From: Escherichia phage kaaroe
Reading direction: 5' to 3' (one strand)
Sequence record: MN850574.1
Length of the DNA: 64,000 bases
Shown here: positions 61,740-64,000 of the stretch, piece by piece
Layout of the letters: every line of letters starts with the position of its first letter
Numbering within the stretch: the first letter of the stretch is position 1
Translations under genes and position numbers: made by a program
Notes under the pieces: model-generated
Told to the model about the DNA's origin: nothing
The model's input: the letters and a program-made list of their open reading frames with translations, nothing else
Database searches by the model: none

Positions 61740-62030
61740 ATGACCACTGAACAATTAATCAAGCATATCCGAAACATCATCTGGGATCTGTCTGGTGATA
61801 AAGAGGAACAAGCTGAACGCATTTTGGCTAAACTCTATAAGCGCCGTGACCGTGGATTATCAGCAAAGAAAGTAGAAACTTTCAAAGAGTTATCTTTCAT
61901 CGAAGCTAAAAAGGATGGATTAATTTATCAGTTGACAGATGGTTATTGGTGCTATGATAATACTCGCTATGACACCGCGACCGATGCATTAAAAGCATGT
62001 AATGACCATCTTCGCAAAACTACAATTTGA
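61740..62030 (+). CDS. hypothetical protein
   Basis: 96 aa. Confidence 0.5.
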   Translation: MTTEQLIKHIRNIIWDLSGDKEEQAERILAKLYKRRDRGLSAKKVETFKELSFIEAKKDGLIYQLTDGYWCYDNTRYDTATDALKACNDHLRKTTI

Positions 62031-62040
62031 GGATTATATT

Positions 62041-62238
62041 ATGAAGGTTAAAACATTGGCTGATATGGATGAGATCGAGACTCAAGTACATGCGGCGCTA
62101 GTCGGTTATGAGTTCGGGCGATTCCTTAATAAGTTCCATGATTATAAATGCTTAAATTGTGGTGCTCATAACGTAATTGGTGCTTGCTGTATTAATCCTG
62201 TTATAGTACCATATAAAAGAAATGAAACAGAAGAGTGA
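62041..62238 (+). CDS. small Cys-containing protein
   Basis: start at internal ATG with GAGGAT RBS. Confidence 0.45.
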   Translation: MKVKTLADMDEIETQVHAALVGYEFGRFLNKFHDYKCLNCGAHNVIGACCINPVIVPYKRNETEE

Positions 62239-62248
62239 GGAATATAGA

Positions 62249-62683
62249 ATGAAAAAGTTGATGGCGACCTTTCATGATATGCGAGATCTACCAGGTTTAG
62301 CACATGTCGATTTTCCTGTTACTATGGAAGTGTCGGAATATGACGGTTATCATGATATTCTGTTTATTAAAAACACTGAGTTTATCCGCTTAGGCGCTAA
62401 ACCTGCTGTACTATACCCAGAAGGAAACCGGACAGCGGTCAGAAAAACAAATTCTGTTAAATTGGCATTTAGTTCAGATGTTGGCTTGGAACCCGCTTTC
62501 GGATATACTCCGGTCGAGATCACAAAATCGAATACTTCTTTCGTGAAAGTTGGAGAGAAAACGCATATTTCAACTATGCCGAACGGTGCACAATATCTAT
62601 GGTCCGATTTCTGCCAGCGTTATGAGCGTTTATCATGGGCTACCCGCTTATGGTGTGTTGAGTATAAGGAGATCACAAAATGA
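62249..62683 (+). CDS. hypothetical protein
   Basis: 144 aa, start at internal ATG with GAGGAA RBS. Confidence 0.5.
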   Translation: MKKLMATFHDMRDLPGLAHVDFPVTMEVSEYDGYHDILFIKNTEFIRLGAKPAVLYPEGNRTAVRKTNSVKLAFSSDVGLEPAFGYTPVEITKSNTSFVKVGEKTHISTMPNGAQYLWSDFCQRYERLSWATRLWCVEYKEITK

Positions 62684-62934
62684 TCACCGGATATATTCCA
62701 TATTCAACGACAAAACACATTATCGGATTCGAAGACATAGAAAAGTCTTGCTTTCCTCTCAAGGTTGAAGTAGACTTTATTACAGCGAACGGATGGGCTT
62801 ACGTCACTGTTTCAGAAATGAAGCGCGTAGGGTGGGAAAACTGCATACACCTACCGCATCTTATCCTAGATGTTCGCGCTGGTGAAATTGATATTGCTGG
62901 AAAGATCTATGGAGACAATGTAAATGAAAATTGA
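62680..62934 (+). CDS. hypothetical protein
   Basis: 84 aa, ATGA overlap. Confidence 0.45.
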   Translation: MITGYIPYSTTKHIIGFEDIEKSCFPLKVEVDFITANGWAYVTVSEMKRVGWENCIHLPHLILDVRAGEIDIAGKIYGDNVNEN

Positions 62935-63121
62935 AATTATTGATGACGGTGGATTTTCTTTCATGAATGGCGTTAAACTTCCTATCATCGTGGAAGGTCG
63001 TCGTTATGGGCTTGATTATCTTGTAGAAACGCAGGAACTACAAAAAGCTGGCGTACCAATTAAAGGTTATTTTCCTGAATATGAATGGTGTTTTCGTGCA
63101 AATGAAGCCTGGGCGGTATAA
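62924..63121 (+). CDS. small protein, paralog family 2
   Basis: MKIEIIDDGGFSFMNGVKLPIIVEGR. Confidence 0.5.
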   Translation: MKIEIIDDGGFSFMNGVKLPIIVEGRRYGLDYLVETQELQKAGVPIKGYFPEYEWCFRANEAWAV

Positions 63122-63139
63122 CTAATTGAGGATTATATT

Positions 63140-63397
63140 ATGAAGATTGAAATTATTGACCGTGCTGGGTATACTTTCATGGAAAAAGTTAAACTTCCTA
63201 TCATTGTTGAAGGTCGCCCATTATGTCAAGGATTCATGATAAAGACCAGAGAACTACGAAATGCGGGTGTTCCTGTTGAATCATGTTTCAGTGATGATTA
63301 TGAATGGTGTTTCAGTGGTTTACGTGCACATAAAGTAAAAGAAGCACGAAAAGCATCATGGTTTGCTAGCTTTAATAACTGGTTGAGGAAACTGTGA
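63140..63397 (+). CDS. small protein, paralog family 2
   Basis: MKIEIIDRAGYTFMEKVKLPIIVEGR, about half identical to previous ORF. Confidence 0.5.
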   Translation: MKIEIIDRAGYTFMEKVKLPIIVEGRPLCQGFMIKTRELRNAGVPVESCFSDDYEWCFSGLRAHKVKEARKASWFASFNNWLRKL

Positions 63398-63735
63398 TGT
63401 GTGAAATGAAAAAGTATATGATTCTAAGTGATTCAGGATACACCTTCTTACAAGGTATTGATAGTGACTCGCGTCCTATTGTATATGGAAAAGAACATCC
63501 GACCATTCCTGAGATCATTCTTGTTACGACAACATCACTTCGTAGAGTGTCAGAAAGTCCATACCTACAAAACGTAAAGCAGGACCGAGAATGGGCTTTC
63601 GAGTTAGGTAAAGACCTTGTTGAATGGGTAAACTGTGAAGACAAGAACCAACGAAATCATGAAGGGAAGATTTCACGAATTGTACTGAGAGGAAAACTTG
63701 ATGAAATCAAAAACAGGATTCTACAATCAATGTAA
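63397..63735 (+). CDS. hypothetical protein
   Basis: 112 aa, ATG after GAGGAA. Confidence 0.45.
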   Translation: MCEMKKYMILSDSGYTFLQGIDSDSRPIVYGKEHPTIPEIILVTTTSLRRVSESPYLQNVKQDREWAFELGKDLVEWVNCEDKNQRNHEGKISRIVLRGKLDEIKNRILQSM

Positions 63736-63955
63736 CAGGGTATTCATTGTCCTGCTGGATTCGGAAAACTATCCAGAACTCTCTAAAACGCGTTTTCCGT
63801 GCGTTGTTGAAGCACGCAAGGCATATGCACCAGATAAACAGTTTATAGTGTTAGCGAGCGAAATAGAGCGGTTAGGGGCGATTCCTAAACATGATGAATA
63901 TGTGTTTTGTAAGGCGTTCTCTGTGCCTCATTTTGGTGTAGAGTTAATTCACTAA
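63698..63955 (+). CDS. hypothetical protein
   Basis: 85 aa. Confidence 0.4.
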   Translation: MMKSKTGFYNQCNRVFIVLLDSENYPELSKTRFPCVVEARKAYAPDKQFIVLASEIERLGAIPKHDEYVFCKAFSVPHFGVELIH

Positions 63956-63972
63956 AATCATAAAAAAAGTTG

Positions 63973-64000
63973 TTGACAGGGGATCGGTGATCCCCTATAC
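63973..64000 (+). promoter_or_regulatory. early promoter module (TTGACA plus spacer hairpin GGGGATC-GGT-GATCCCC), truncated by window end
   Basis: read directly. Confidence 0.5.

Overview
This window is a T4-like (Tevenvirinae-type) myophage segment, and its most unusual feature is a terminase large subunit gene (gp17) split into two ORFs by an intein-like insertion carrying a nuclease module. All gene calls rest on ORF-track translations compared with T4 protein families from memory and on motifs read directly from the DNA; no database search was run, and coordinates of short motifs are hand-counted and may be off by 1-2 nt. Layout: (1) 1-8.8 kb holds gp51/26/25, uvsY, uvsW, an Inh-like gene, hoc and a few accessory genes. 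(2) 8.8-42.4 kb is the minus-strand late structural block in T4 order: gp24, 23, 22, 21, 68, 67, 20, 19, 18, 17, 16, 15, 14, 13, wac, 12, 11, 10, 9, 8, 7, 6, 5.4, 5.1, 5, 53. (3) 42.4-46.3 kb holds gp4, 2, 3, 1, 57A, 57B. (4) 46.3-64 kb is a plus-strand hyperplastic early region of many small ORFs driven by repeated sigma70-type promoter modules. Other notable points: an early-promoter cassette with a gamma-class N6-adenine DNA methyltransferase inserted between gp8 and gp9; a TARG1/DarG-like macrodomain protein; a GrcA glycyl-radical cofactor homolog; an M15 peptidase endolysin candidate; a secreted lytic transglycosylase; thymidine kinase; and a glycine-rich gp38-adhesin-like orphan gene. 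No tRNA, rRNA or CRISPR array was found.
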